Assembly: GCA_051251855.1 (NCBI GenBank)
Contig: JBPOGI010000001.1
Coordinates: 1,728,001 to 1,792,000, forward strand
DNA: 64,000 nt
Source: Roseibacillus sp.
Lineage (GTDB): Bacteria; Verrucomicrobiota; Verrucomicrobiia; Verrucomicrobiales; Akkermansiaceae
Reading direction: 5' to 3'
Every line of letters starts with the position of its first letter. The stretch's first letter is position 1. This document shows positions 19,774 to 30,624 of the stretch, piece by piece. A program made the position numbers and the translations under genes. The notes under the pieces are model-generated. The model saw only the letters and a list, made by a program, of their open reading frames with translations. It was not told where the DNA came from and did not search any database.

Positions 19774-20901
19774 TTATCTCACCAAAGGATTCATCGGGAT
19801 TCGCCTCTTCTCCGTCTCGGGCTTCACCTCGGCCCCGCGAAGCTGAGTCCCGCGCGATTGCTCACGCGCATAGTCGAGAATCTTACCGACTCGCTCATAG
19901 TCCTTGGCTGCAACCTTCCCTTGAGGTGAATCAGTCGCCTTCTCAGCAATACGCGCATGACCTGCCACCACCTCTTCGAGGTCCTGTAACGTCTTCTTAC
20001 CAATTTCCTTTGCAAGCAAGCGGCGACTCTCCTTCAAAATCCGAGCCTCCCTTTCAATTTGAGGGTCCTTCTCCATCTCCTCACGCAAGGTATCTCCTTT
20101 CAGCGAGATCGCGACACTCTCCGCAACAAACGGCCGCTCCGAAAACTCAACAAGACTCCACCACTTCTCAAAATCATTTTCCATCTTGGCAATCACCCCC
20201 AACTCCTCCTCCAACCCATCCAAATCCGGCTCCCGTCCAAGCCTCAGCGCAAGCCACTCCTTCAGCCCAGTGGAACCCCAATCTGGAAAACTATGCCCAA
20301 CTCCTCTCCAGGTCTCCATATCAACCTTCGCTCCCAACTTCCGAAAAAAGACCAGCCCCTTGAGAGCAAAAGGGTAGTTCGCATCCAATCGACCCACCCC
20401 AATAAATACCGGTGTATCTTTCGCCAGTGGCTTAGGCACCGATTCCAAGGCATGCATATGCCCAGCTAAGAGAATCGCAGCTCCAGCCAAACTCCTTTCT
20501 TTTTGAAGCAACAGCCCACAAACCCAGCCGCCCTTGCTCTGTCCCGCCAGATAAACCCGTGCCGGATCCAACCCCGCCCTCCTCTGTAGCTCAGCGCGAA
20601 CCGCCTTCAAGACCCGAACCTCCTCATCCATTCCAACCGGAGTTAACTGAAACGTTCCCCGCCTCGCATAGGCCATCCCCACTACAATCCAATCCTTCTC
20701 ACCCGTGTGAGCACGCATCAAGGTCGTGCTCGGTCGCCCATTCGTCCCATGATAGAAAAAGACAGAGGGCCAGCTTTTCGAAGAGTCATGACCTTCGGGG
20801 AGCGAGACCAATACGTCATCTTCCACTCCATCGACTTGGATCGTAAAGTCCTCACCAAAGACCGACATCACACTGAGAGTCCAAAAAAACCACCATTTCA
20901 T
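19774..20901 (-). CDS. secreted alpha/beta hydrolase
   Basis: Signal peptide; FFYHG, GQSKGG nucleophile elbow, G..D, GH. Confidence 0.8.
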   Translation of the reverse strand: MKWWFFWTLSVMSVFGEDFTIQVDGVEDDVLVSLPEGHDSSKSWPSVFFYHGTNGRPSTTLMRAHTGEKDWIVVGMAYARRGTFQLTPVGMDEEVRVLKAVRAELQRRAGLDPARVYLAGQSKGGWVCGLLLQKERSLAGAAILLAGHMHALESVPKPLAKDTPVFIGVGRLDANYPFALKGLVFFRKLGAKVDMETWRGVGHSFPDWGSTGLKEWLALRLGREPDLDGLEEELGVIAKMENDFEKWWSLVEFSERPFVAESVAISLKGDTLREEMEKDPQIEREARILKESRRLLAKEIGKKTLQDLEEVVAGHARIAEKATDSPQGKVAAKDYERVGKILDYAREQSRGTQLRGAEVKPETEKRRIPMNPLVR

Positions 20902-21044
20902 CACGCAAAGAACCATGAAAATCCTCGCTTGGCGAAAGCCATCCATTCAAAATCAAAAATAAGCCGCAATCAGTTAGTGGAAATTTCTTGACCCATCGCC
21001 CGAAAAGGCCTTTTCTCCCCGCCCCGCAACACGGGAGAATTTTT

Positions 21045-21308
21045 ATGTCTAGAGTTTGTAGCATCCGAGGTTCGAAAGTCCGCGTAGGTCGTAAGATCCA
21101 CCGTTCTGGTTTGGCAAAAAAGAAGGGCGGAATCGGACGTCACGTCACCCAAGTGAACAAGCGTCTTGTTACGCCTAACCTTCACGTAAAGCGTATCTGG
21201 GTTCCTGAGCTCGACAAACACGTCAAGGTCAAGCTGACCGCCAAGGCTCTTCGTACCATCAACAAGAATGGTGCTTATGTGACCTTGAAGAAGGCCGGCC
21301 TCATTTAG
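21045..21308 (+). CDS. rpmB: 50S ribosomal protein L28
   Basis: MSRVCSIRG..KKKGGIG..KR..PNL..KRIWVPE..ALRTINK. Confidence 0.96.
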   Translation: MSRVCSIRGSKVRVGRKIHRSGLAKKKGGIGRHVTQVNKRLVTPNLHVKRIWVPELDKHVKVKLTAKALRTINKNGAYVTLKKAGLI

Positions 21309-21332
21309 TCGACTTTCAATTATTCTACTCTC

Positions 21333-21362
21333 AAAAGGACGGCCAAAAGGCCGTCTTTTTTT
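21333..21362 (+). terminator. intrinsic terminator after rpmB
   Basis: GGACGGCC-AAAA-GGCCGTCT plus T-run. Confidence 0.85.
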
Positions 21363-21586
21363 GTTTCTGGGTATTTCCTCCGCTCAAGTTACCAGGAAGG
21401 AGCTTCCATAAAGGGTCTCACGGCCTTTCCCTGCCATGAAACTCTTTCCAGCTAAGGGCTTTCCCTTTAGGCTCTTAGAAGAGGTGCACCGCGTCATCCA
21501 CTCGCGAGAATCGGTGATTTTGTTCGTCAGTCACTGAAAAGCCAGTAACGTGTAGTTGCATTATAAATACAAACTCACCCCCACGA

Positions 21587-24500
21587 ATGCACCTTTCCCG
21601 CCAATTTTCCTCCTTTCTTAAGGGGTTCTTGGCTCTCCTACCCCTCACCTTACTCCCCGCCGCCGAAATCACCTACACGGGAATCTCAGGGGGAGAATGG
21701 ACCACTGATGCCAACTGGAACAATGGGTCCTATCCTGCTACTGGCGACCAAGCCGTTCTCAACACCACTGCCAATCTCAGCGTAGAGACTTCGAATAACA
21801 TTCAAGGGCTTCAAATTGGAACAAGCGGCAGCGGACGCCTTCAAATTACCAGCCACGCGGTTCTCAATGCCAGCACCAGTTCGTCTGTGACCAGCCGAAT
21901 CGGTGATGGAAACGGAAACGAAGGTTCGGTGCAGCAAGAGGGAGGAAGCGTAGTCATCAATCGACTCGAAATCGGTCGCAATTCGTCGAACGGAAGCTAC
22001 CACCTTCACGGCGGGAATTTCGAAATCATTCGCGACACCCAAAGCTACTCCCTCTTTCTCGGCACCAATGTGGGGCGTAACGAAGTCGGCAATGGCACCT
22101 TTCAAATGAGCAGCGGCAGCTTTGAAACTCGGGCCGGCGTCTACCTTGGTTCCACTGCGGGAGGAATCGGACGCTTCGAAGTCATCGGTTCTCATCCTGG
22201 CTTCATCGGCATTGGTTCGGGAGGAAATAATCTCGATGGTATTTGGACCCAAAATTCCGGTTCCACTCTGAGCGTTCGCATCGACAAGACCAGTGAAGGA
22301 GTCACCCCCATCTTCATCGACGACCGCGGCCAAAACGGAGGAGGTAATGGAGACGTTATTTTCGAAAACGGATCTCTCCTCGAAGTTGATTTCACCGGAG
22401 CCTTTCTCAACGGCGGCACCTTCACCGTCATGGAGTGGGAAGGCGACGTTATCGCCAACGGCCTCCAGTTTGCCCCCTCGGTCGACACCAATATCTGGAG
22501 CTTTCAAGTTGATGCAGCCAACAAGCAACTCACCGTCACCGCCACCGGAAACGCTCTCAACCGAGACTTCGTCCACCCCGGCCTCTCCCATAAACGTTCC
22601 GACCTTGAACGGATGCGCGATATGGTGGCGGCAGGGGTTGAGCCCTACGCGAGTTCGTTCGCAGCTTTGAGCGCGAAGGGCCGAGCCCAACACACCGCTC
22701 AACCCAGCAGCGCCGCAGTAGATTTGGCAACGAACGGCGGAACTGCGAACAACAATGCCCTGAGAAACGATGGCATCACCGCTTACTACAACGCCTTGAT
22801 GTGGTTCATTACGGGAGACAGCAGACACGCCGAGGCCTCCATTCGAATTTTCACCGCGTGGTCGCCTACCCAAAACATTGATGGAATTCCTTTAGATGCG
22901 GGACGCCATTGGCGTCTCATCGAAGCGGCTGAAATCATCAAGAGCACCTATAGCGGATGGGACCCGGGCGACCTGCAAGCCTTTAAGGATATGCTCGTCT
23001 ACCCCGGATACTCGAACACCTCCGAACCGAGTGGAAACCGGAGTATCTATTGGAGAGCCTACCAAGGGGACCCCGCTCGACACGGTAACCAAGGACTCTT
23101 TGCGATGCGATGCGTGATGGCCATCGGGGTCTTTCTTGACAATGAAATCATGTATGACCGAGCCCTCCGCTACCTGCAGGGAGCCCCTGCCCGGACCGAC
23201 GACATCCCCTACATCACCGGTCCTTCGATTGCGAACACCCAGATTGCAACTTATGAGCACTTCCTCGAATTCAACCGCACTGGGGAGGAATCGACTGTCG
23301 CGAACTACGGCTACAACGAGGTCATCCACAACTACATCTATCCCAATGGTCAAAGTCAGGAATTCTCCCGTGACATGGCCCATGGCTTGGCTGGAATCGG
23401 CATCATTGCCACTATGTCTGAAATCGCATGGAGCCAAAGTGATGACCTCTATGGCCATCTTGATAATCGTCCCCTTCTCGGTCTCGAATATTACTATCGA
23501 TACAACCTCAGCTTCGTAAACTCCTTCCCAGACCAAACGTCTCCGTGGGAGCCCACCGTCGAGAACGGAGAATTTATTCAACGTCTTGATCAGTCCGGAC
23601 GCTGGTTCTCGCTCAAGGCCAATCCCTACCTCGCCCAAGATGTCAGTAATATTCTTCGCGGCACCTTCAATGACGACCCGGTCTATGAGATGAACTTGGC
23701 CCACTATCGCGATCGGATGGGAGTTCCTTCGGACGACACAAAGTGGTTAGACCGTGGACTCGATCTCCTCATTGCCGATGAAGGCTTTGAGGGTGAGGGA
23801 ACCCCATGGGACCATCCTTCGTGGGGTGGCTTAACCTTCCGCCGCACCAGTCCTGGTGATCCCATGCAAGGCTTCAGCAATGGAGTTCCCAACTTTGCCA
23901 TGAACGAGCTCCCGATGACCATCGAGGCGGAAAACTACGACTACTTCCCTCTCGACGGCGAGGGGCGCACTTACCATGACCTCACCGTAACAAACGCGGG
24001 CCTCTCATACCGCCCCGTCGGTGGAGTCGACCTCAGTTCGGCCTCCGAAGGCAACTTTACCATTTCTAACATCGAGGCGAACGAGTGGGTCACCTACACC
24101 GTCTCCGTCCCCATGGATGCCGACTACGATCTCGCCATCCGCTACGCCTCCACAGCTCCCGGTGGCACTATCCGATTCAGCCTAGACGGCAATGACATCA
24201 CCGGCAACGTAACCATCCCTCATGGAGCCCCCGGATCCACGGGAGATTCCGATTGGCAAACCTTAGCCGTCGCCTACGACCTCCCTCTCACCCAAGGAGT
24301 GAAACAGCTGACCGTGAGCTTCGGCGGCACATCCAATTCTTTTCTCCTCAACAACTTCAGCATCGAGCTGAGCCCTCTTCCCATCGTTCCGCCGATTGCC
24401 CACTGGCGCTTTGATGAGGGCCTCGGCAACGTTGCAGCTGATTGCAGTGGTAATGGCTATCACGGCACCATCAACAACGCCACTTGGACCACTCGCACAG

Positions 24501-25756
24501 GCGGTGGCAACGCTCTTTCCTTCAATGGAACCAACGCCAACGTGAGCCTGCCCGCGAACGCCTTCTCCTCTATCGACGACGAAATCACCTTCACCTTTTG
24601 GGCTTTCGGTGATGCCAGTCTTCCCTCGGAGAACTCTGCCTTCTGGGCGGGGAATTCAGGCGGCAGCCGTATCCTCAACGTTCACCTCCCTTGGGCGGAT
24701 TCCAAAGTCTACTTCGATGCTAGTGACCGCATTAGCAAAACCGCCTCTGCCACGGAAACCGAAGGAGCTTGGGTCCACTGGGCCTTTGCCAAGGATGCGG
24801 CCGCCGGTGCGATGAGAATCTATCGCAACGGTATTCTCTGGCACTCGGGAACTGGACAAACCAATTCCATCAGCACTATCGCGCAAGCCTTCATCGGGAG
24901 CCAAAACAACACCCGCTACTACCCGGGCCTCATCGACGACTTCCGTCTCTACGATGTCGCCCTGACCGACGCTACCATTGCCCAACTCTATGTTGACTCC
25001 CAGAACACATCCCCCGAAGACCACCTCTGGGCGGCAGGCGACTCGCTCAACGTCTCCTTCACCGACCTCAATGGGACGGCTGGAACCAGCTGGGACCTAC
25101 TCACAGTGAACTGCCCCCTGATTCTCGACTCCAGCCTCGCACCTAGCACCCCCTTTCAAATCACGCTCTCGGCTCCAGACCTGAGCTTTGACAGCACAAG
25201 CGACCAATCCTGGCTTCTCGTCACTGCTAACGAAATTCTGGGTAGTTTCGACGCCAACGACTTCGTGATCGATAGCGCGGCCTTCGAAGCGAACAACCCG
25301 CTCAACGGAGGAAGCTTCAGCTTCCGAAGACTCAACAACGAGTTCTATCTCGACTTCACTGCCCCTCAGTTCACTGCCTTAGAAAACTGGCGCTTCCTTC
25401 ACTTCGGGACATACGCCGACTCCGGCATCGCGGCAAACGACTTCGATGCCGACCTTGATGGACTCGCCAACCTCGTCGAATACGCCACCAATCTCAACCC
25501 AAACGACTCCTCCGATTCCTGCGCCTTTCAAATCGCCTCTTCCCCCACCAATCCAGACGAGCTCCAAGTCACCTTCCATCGCATCGCCGATGCCAACCTC
25601 AGCTACATGGTTGAAGGCTCTCCGGACCTCAGTGCAAGTAGTTGGTCAACAATCTGGAACAGCTTTGGGAACTCCGCCGGGCTCGTCACTCTCCCCGAAG
25701 CTTTGTGGCCCAGCAATGAGCCCACTTACTTCTTAAGGTTAAAGGTGAGCAACTGA
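21587..25756 (+). CDS. secreted multimodular polysaccharide-lyase-like protein (alginate-lyase-like domain, CBM6/35-like, LamG, shared terminal module)
   Basis: Signal peptide; Gly-rich passenger-like N-terminus; FVHPGLSH..DLERM, GNQG, GQSQE.SRD..H; IEAENYD CBM; LamG AHWRFDE..IDDFRLY. Confidence 0.78.
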   Translation: MHLSRQFSSFLKGFLALLPLTLLPAAEITYTGISGGEWTTDANWNNGSYPATGDQAVLNTTANLSVETSNNIQGLQIGTSGSGRLQITSHAVLNASTSSSVTSRIGDGNGNEGSVQQEGGSVVINRLEIGRNSSNGSYHLHGGNFEIIRDTQSYSLFLGTNVGRNEVGNGTFQMSSGSFETRAGVYLGSTAGGIGRFEVIGSHPGFIGIGSGGNNLDGIWTQNSGSTLSVRIDKTSEGVTPIFIDDRGQNGGGNGDVIFENGSLLEVDFTGAFLNGGTFTVMEWEGDVIANGLQFAPSVDTNIWSFQVDAANKQLTVTATGNALNRDFVHPGLSHKRSDLERMRDMVAAGVEPYASSFAALSAKGRAQHTAQPSSAAVDLATNGGTANNNALRNDGITAYYNALMWFITGDSRHAEASIRIFTAWSPTQNIDGIPLDAGRHWRLIEAAEIIKSTYSGWDPGDLQAFKDMLVYPGYSNTSEPSGNRSIYWRAYQGDPARHGNQGLFAMRCVMAIGVFLDNEIMYDRALRYLQGAPARTDDIPYITGPSIANTQIATYEHFLEFNRTGEESTVANYGYNEVIHNYIYPNGQSQEFSRDMAHGLAGIGIIATMSEIAWSQSDDLYGHLDNRPLLGLEYYYRYNLSFVNSFPDQTSPWEPTVENGEFIQRLDQSGRWFSLKANPYLAQDVSNILRGTFNDDPVYEMNLAHYRDRMGVPSDDTKWLDRGLDLLIADEGFEGEGTPWDHPSWGGLTFRRTSPGDPMQGFSNGVPNFAMNELPMTIEAENYDYFPLDGEGRTYHDLTVTNAGLSYRPVGGVDLSSASEGNFTISNIEANEWVTYTVSVPMDADYDLAIRYASTAPGGTIRFSLDGNDITGNVTIPHGAPGSTGDSDWQTLAVAYDLPLTQGVKQLTVSFGGTSNSFLLNNFSIELSPLPIVPPIAHWRFDEGLGNVAADCSGNGYHGTINNATWTTRTGGGNALSFNGTNANVSLPANAFSSIDDEITFTFWAFGDASLPSENSAFWAGNSGGSRILNVHLPWADSKVYFDASDRISKTASATETEGAWVHWAFAKDAAAGAMRIYRNGILWHSGTGQTNSISTIAQAFIGSQNNTRYYPGLIDDFRLYDVALTDATIAQLYVDSQNTSPEDHLWAAGDSLNVSFTDLNGTAGTSWDLLTVNCPLILDSSLAPSTPFQITLSAPDLSFDSTSDQSWLLVTANEILGSFDANDFVIDSAAFEANNPLNGGSFSFRRLNNEFYLDFTAPQFTALENWRFLHFGTYADSGIAANDFDADLDGLANLVEYATNLNPNDSSDSCAFQIASSPTNPDELQVTFHRIADANLSYMVEGSPDLSASSWSTIWNSFGNSAGLVTLPEALWPSNEPTYFLRLKVSN

Positions 25757-25944
25757 TTCTGCCAGCTAGCTTAAAATTCATTGTTCAGGCTGTGACTCGC
25801 TAGCTCCTAGAAAAGTCCAGCTTTGGGCAACGGCTTCTCTCTCCAAGAATCGACAGATGAAGAGCAACAAGTGAACGATACTTCTTTCTAACGAAAGTGA
25901 TGACCTCCAATCAGAATTCGTGATTCACGATCTGCCCTCCCAAC

Positions 25945-25978
25945 AAAAAAACGCTCCGAGACCGAAGTCACAGAGCGC
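25945..25978 (-). terminator. intrinsic terminator after DUF1501 gene
   Basis: CGCTC..GAC-CGAA-GTC..GAGCG hairpin with adjacent A-run (U-run on minus). Confidence 0.65.
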
Positions 25979-26003
25979 TCTAAAAAAATAATTCCAAGAA
26001 GGC

Positions 26004-27320
26004 TTAGCCAAAAATAGAGGTAATGGGACTTCCAATATCCTTATCAGGCCCCCCCATGCGGAAGGGTCGTCCACTTGGCGAGAAAATCACCTGTGAGTGG
26101 TCAAGACCTAGACCATGAGCGATGGTTGAATTCAAATCCTGCAAGGATACGGGATTCGAGTCGGGACGGTTTCCATCCTTATCCGAGGCTCCGTATTTAA
26201 CACCGCCTTTAACGCCGCCACCAGCAATCACCGTACTAAAACATGCAGGGTGATGATCTCGCCCGTTGTTGTGCTCAGCAACAATGTTAGGTGACCGTCC
26301 AAACTCAGTCGCAATCACAACCATAGTTGTCTCAAGCAAGCCTTTGGCCTCCAAATCTTCCACTAAAGCCGAGAAGCCTCGGTCCAGAACGGCTGCCTTG
26401 TTCTCAACAGACGCAAAGTTGTCGTAGTGAGTATCCCAGCCCCCCAGAGTCACCTCCACAAAACGAACACCTGACTCAACCAGACGACGAGCCAACAAGC
26501 AGCCCTGGCCGAAATTGTCGTTGCCATACTTAGAACGCATGTTGCTTGGCTCCTGATTGATATCAAAGGCCTTGAGGTCAGCGCTGTTCATCAACTTCAC
26601 CGCTTCATCATAAAGACTCTCGTAGGCCTTAATCTGCGGGACGTTATATTTCTCGTGAAACTTCTGATTCAGAGCATCGGCAATCGCAAGACGCTTGTTA
26701 AAGTCATCTTCACTCACGGTGTGCGCACGCGTGGAGTCCTTCAATCCCTCATTCGCTCGACCAAGTGGAACGCCCGCATACTCAGCACCCATGAACCCAG
26801 AGGAGGCATTCTTTGGATTTCCACCGACCGAAACAAATCCCGGTAAGGTCTGATTCTTACGACCCTTCAGACGCACCACCCAAGAACCGACAGAAGGGTG
26901 GGTAATTGTGCCACGCTGTGAATAGCTGCTGTGAAGCATATACTGACCTTGTTCGTGAGCACCCTGTGTAGAGGTCATGGAATTGATCACACACATCTTA
27001 TCCCCCACTGCCGCCGTCTTCGGGAGGAACTGTGAGATTTGGTAGTCACCCGTCGTCGCAATTGCTTCGGTAGGGCCTTGCACGTCGCGTCCAGGCTTAA
27101 CGTCGAAGGTGTCCAAGTGGCTCATACCGCCCGCCATATTCAGGAAGATCACATGCTCAGCCGCTTTACGCCCGGTCTTGACTCCCTGAGCAAAAGCAGG
27201 CGTCGCCAAGCCGGCTCCCAGCATTGGAGCCACCGTCACTCCCAAATAGGAGCGTGCAGCATTAACCATAAACTGACGCCGTCCGAGCTCATCGGCCTTA
27301 TTGAATTCGTTATTTTTCAT
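26004..27320 (-). CDS. DUF1501 family protein (Tat signal)
   Basis: RRQF; IFLNMAGGMSHLDTFD.KP, FGQGCLLARRLVESGVRFVEV, GWDTH, TEFGRSP, GRDH. Confidence 0.93.
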   Translation of the reverse strand: MKNNEFNKADELGRRQFMVNAARSYLGVTVAPMLGAGLATPAFAQGVKTGRKAAEHVIFLNMAGGMSHLDTFDVKPGRDVQGPTEAIATTGDYQISQFLPKTAAVGDKMCVINSMTSTQGAHEQGQYMLHSSYSQRGTITHPSVGSWVVRLKGRKNQTLPGFVSVGGNPKNASSGFMGAEYAGVPLGRANEGLKDSTRAHTVSEDDFNKRLAIADALNQKFHEKYNVPQIKAYESLYDEAVKLMNSADLKAFDINQEPSNMRSKYGNDNFGQGCLLARRLVESGVRFVEVTLGGWDTHYDNFASVENKAAVLDRGFSALVEDLEAKGLLETTMVVIATEFGRSPNIVAEHNNGRDHHPACFSTVIAGGGVKGGVKYGASDKDGNRPDSNPVSLQDLNSTIAHGLGLDHSQVIFSPSGRPFRMGGPDKDIGSPITSIFG

Positions 27321-27347
27321 AGCTGTTTTTCCTTTTCTTAAATTTTT

Positions 27348-29285
27348 CTACTGAACGAACAAAAACTCATGCGTCGACAGTAGAGCCGAAGACAAGTTGC
27401 GATAACTCTCCTCAGAGCCATCAATCACGTCCCTCATGAGAAGCTTCATCTCATCATCTGAAGGGGGACGGCCAAGAACAGCGTAGTAGAGATAGCGAAC
27501 CTTATCACGGTCGGTGCTCCCCGCTTCCAACGCTTTGTAGAGCGCCGAATCGTCATTACTCACCACCATCTTCTCGACATGTCCGTTCATCATCGAAAGA
27601 ACCTGCGACATGTTTGCTTCGTTTGTGGCCGAATCCAAAAGAACACGGTCGGACTGTCCAAACTGACGCAAAAAGTGACCCTTTGGCGCAGGAGACTCCA
27701 GTTCAGAAGCGCGTGCCATTCCCTTCACGGGACCTGAACGTCCTCCACCGCTCATCATCATCCCCATAGAGTCGTCCTTCTTCTTTTTCTTACTCTTAGA
27801 ACCTCCATTATACTTAGCGGCATCAAGGAGACCGTTGATATACTCGCGGTAAGCGCCGGGAGATTTGATCGCAAGAAGCTCCTTTGAGAGCTCGGTCATC
27901 GTCTTCTCTCCGTTTCCGAGAGCAATACGGCTGTAATAAATCGAGTTACTGAAGTTACGCTTCGGGAGAGCATCAGGGTTCCCCTTCACCAATGTCACCA
28001 TGGAGTCCCAAACCTGTTCCGCAGTCATCCGCTCAAGCTGGCGACCATTGAATGATTGAGGAACGCCGGCATCAAACGCCTTTGGATTGGCTGCGAACTG
28101 GAAGTTTCGAGTAAGAAGCAAAACATTCTGGAAAGCCTTTAGATCATAATCCAACGTCTTCATCAAAGCGATCAAGTCGTTCACCAATGCAGGAGAAACA
28201 GTATCTTCAGGCTCCTTGTATTCGTCAACAGGCTCCCAAATTCCACGGCCCATCACTCGCTGCCACATCCGATTGACGATAGTCGCATTGAAACGAGGAT
28301 TATCGTTGCTAGAAATCCAAGAAGCAAAGGTCTCGCGTGAATCACCAGCATTCTTGCGGTCAGACGTCCGCTCACGATTACCAAACGGAGTCTTTCCTCC
28401 AATCATCTCACCAGGGTCGCCATCGCGATACTGATAATCCTTAGGCAACTTGATACGCCCGTCGCCTCCACCAGCAAGTGTTGCATAGTGAATATTGTCC
28501 CCAATCCAGTCCACAAGGTAACCAAAATCGGTACGTTCTTCTTTTGCATCACGCACCTCACGCCAAACAGTGTCCCAAGGTCCGCGATTCACTTCCCGCT
28601 GACCGGTCACGAATGCCGCCAAATGATAAAAATCCATCCGCTCATACTCACCGAATGGATCGTCGTGGCACTGCGCACATTCCATCCGAGTTCCCGTGAA
28701 AATGCGCATTGTGTTGGAGAGGTTATCGAGCTCCATTCCCTTATCGCGAACGAAGTAGCCCACCGCGCCATTGTCAGCTTCCCAAAGAGAACCTTTAGAC
28801 GCGAGTAGCTCCTGGGCAATCTGGTCCCATGGCTTGTTCTCTGCGACTGCGGTGTGCACATACTTCAAGTAAGGCTCCGCGCTGGAACGCCCACTATCAA
28901 AAGTTTCCTGAGCTCGCAGAATATCGAGAATGTAATTGGTCATGTGACTCCGGTATCCATCGGAGTTCATCAAATAGGTAACAAGAGCCTCTCGCTTATC
29001 GGTATCTTCAATTTCGAGGAAAGCACGTGCCTCTTCCAAATTCGGGATTCGCCCACCGGCTACGAGAAAACTGCGACGCAAAAATGTGGGGTCATCAACC
29101 ACCTCAGGTACAGGCAACTTTTTCGACTTATAAAGAGCCGCAACGTGCCGATCGACCATCAGAGCCGACTTTTTAAGAAACTCAGGATCTTCATTTTGAG
29201 AAGACTTCTGAGCCAGCAAGGGGCAAGGGAGCAATGCGAGTGCCGAAAGCACTCCAACCACTTTTGAGTTTTTCATCATAGACAT
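27348..29285 (-). CDS. DUF1549/DUF1553 (PSD1-type) protein
   Basis: DD.TFLRR..L...GRIP, CAQCH, VNRMW..VMGRG, LGRPP, EFLF. Confidence 0.9.
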   Translation of the reverse strand: MSMMKNSKVVGVLSALALLPCPLLAQKSSQNEDPEFLKKSALMVDRHVAALYKSKKLPVPEVVDDPTFLRRSFLVAGGRIPNLEEARAFLEIEDTDKREALVTYLMNSDGYRSHMTNYILDILRAQETFDSGRSSAEPYLKYVHTAVAENKPWDQIAQELLASKGSLWEADNGAVGYFVRDKGMELDNLSNTMRIFTGTRMECAQCHDDPFGEYERMDFYHLAAFVTGQREVNRGPWDTVWREVRDAKEERTDFGYLVDWIGDNIHYATLAGGGDGRIKLPKDYQYRDGDPGEMIGGKTPFGNRERTSDRKNAGDSRETFASWISSNDNPRFNATIVNRMWQRVMGRGIWEPVDEYKEPEDTVSPALVNDLIALMKTLDYDLKAFQNVLLLTRNFQFAANPKAFDAGVPQSFNGRQLERMTAEQVWDSMVTLVKGNPDALPKRNFSNSIYYSRIALGNGEKTMTELSKELLAIKSPGAYREYINGLLDAAKYNGGSKSKKKKKDDSMGMMMSGGGRSGPVKGMARASELESPAPKGHFLRQFGQSDRVLLDSATNEANMSQVLSMMNGHVEKMVVSNDDSALYKALEAGSTDRDKVRYLYYAVLGRPPSDDEMKLLMRDVIDGSEESYRNLSSALLSTHEFLFVQ

Positions 29286-29291
29286 TTACGT

Positions 29292-29320
29292 TTAACGCTT
29301 TGCAAAATTAGAGGTTTTTC
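29292..29320 (-). promoter_or_regulatory. candidate ECF-type promoter for the DUF1549/DUF1501 operon
   Basis: Minus strand GAAAAAC-N16-CGTTAA ending about 7 nt before the ATG (would be leaderless). Confidence 0.4.
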
Positions 29321-29532
29321 AGGAAAATGCCGAGAAAACTTTCCTACAATACCAAGATATCGTGAAACTTAACTCAAAACCGCAGAAATCAGTCAAAAAA
29401 TCGTCAGAAACTGAAGAGAAAAGCCTAAATCTGTGAACCTGGCTGAAATTTGAAAGAGCAGTCTCGCCATTTCATCCCAACAATGGCGATAGACTTTCCC
29501 TTCCCCTTCCGTCTAGGCTCACATCGTAACCA

Positions 29533-30411
29533 ATGAATCGACGTCATTTTCTCACCGCTACCTCTGCTGCCGCCCTCATGCCCTCCGCTTTTGGACAAAA
29601 GCCAAACAAACCCCTCTTCGATATCTCGATCGCCCAGTGGTCGAACCATCGCATGCTTAAGGCGGGTAAATTGACAAACCTTGATTGGCCCCAATACACC
29701 AAAGACACCTACGACATTCATGCCTTGGAGTACGTCAATCAATTCTTCAAAGACAAAGCCGAGGATGCAGCCTATCTCGCCGACCTCAACAAACGCGTCG
29801 ACGACTTAGGCATGACCAACGTCCTCATCATGATCGATGGCGAAGGCAGCATCGGCGCTATCACCGAAAAAGAACGCAACAAGACCGTCGACAAGCACAA
29901 GCGTTGGGTCACAGCAGCCAAGACGCTCGGCTGCCACTCAATTCGAGTCAACGCCTACGGGGAAGGCTCTCCTGAAGATGCCGCCAAACAAGTCACCGAC
30001 GGCCTCCACAAGCTTTCTACCTTTGCCGCTGACCACGACATCAACATCATTGTTGAAAATCATGGGGGAAACTCCTCGAACGGCAAATGGCTCTCAGGAG
30101 TTCTCACCGCCGTCAATCTTCCCAACTGCGGTTCCCTCCCCGACTTCGGTAACTTCCACGAATACGACCGTTACCAGGGCATTAGCGACCTAATGCCTTT
30201 CGCCAAGGGGGTTTCGGCTAAATCTCGTGAGTTCGACAGCGCTGGTAACGAAGTCCAAACTGACTTCACCAAAGCAATGAAACTCGTGCTCGAAGCAAAC
30301 TACCGCGGCTACGTTGGCATCGAATACGAAGGCAAGAAACACACCGAAGACGAGGGCATCAAACTCACTAAAGCTCTTCTCGAGAAAGTGCGCAGCGAAT
30401 ATAAGAGCTAG
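29533..30411 (+). CDS. sugar phosphate isomerase/epimerase (xylose-isomerase-like TIM barrel), Tat-exported
   Basis: RRHFL; VENHGG, LPDFGNF, SAKS, GIEYEG. Confidence 0.9.
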   Translation: MNRRHFLTATSAAALMPSAFGQKPNKPLFDISIAQWSNHRMLKAGKLTNLDWPQYTKDTYDIHALEYVNQFFKDKAEDAAYLADLNKRVDDLGMTNVLIMIDGEGSIGAITEKERNKTVDKHKRWVTAAKTLGCHSIRVNAYGEGSPEDAAKQVTDGLHKLSTFAADHDINIIVENHGGNSSNGKWLSGVLTAVNLPNCGSLPDFGNFHEYDRYQGISDLMPFAKGVSAKSREFDSAGNEVQTDFTKAMKLVLEANYRGYVGIEYEGKKHTEDEGIKLTKALLEKVRSEYKS

Positions 30412-30421
30412 CCTCAGATTT

Positions 30422-30624
30422 TCAGGCGACGAGGAAAACGGCTTCAACTTGGGCGTCAGCGGCTATGATTCGGTAGTATTGTCCTACTCTGGGCCGCCCG
30501 AATCATCCATCCAAAGGTCGGCCGGTCTTTGCGGGTGACCATCCCTTGCGACTAACCGCCAAATGAAGAACTAGGGCGCGTTCAGCCGCCACTCCCTATC
30601 GTCAGATTGGCCGGTATCGCCTGA
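30422..30624. ncRNA. candidate ~200-nt structured RNA (unassigned)
   Basis: Terminal TCAGGCGA/TCGCCTGA stem plus several internal helices between convergent genes. Confidence 0.35.

Noticed and set aside
21686..23704. 395-aa and 270-aa antisense ORFs within the lyase-like gene
   Set aside because: Fully overlapped by a well-supported plus-strand CDS.
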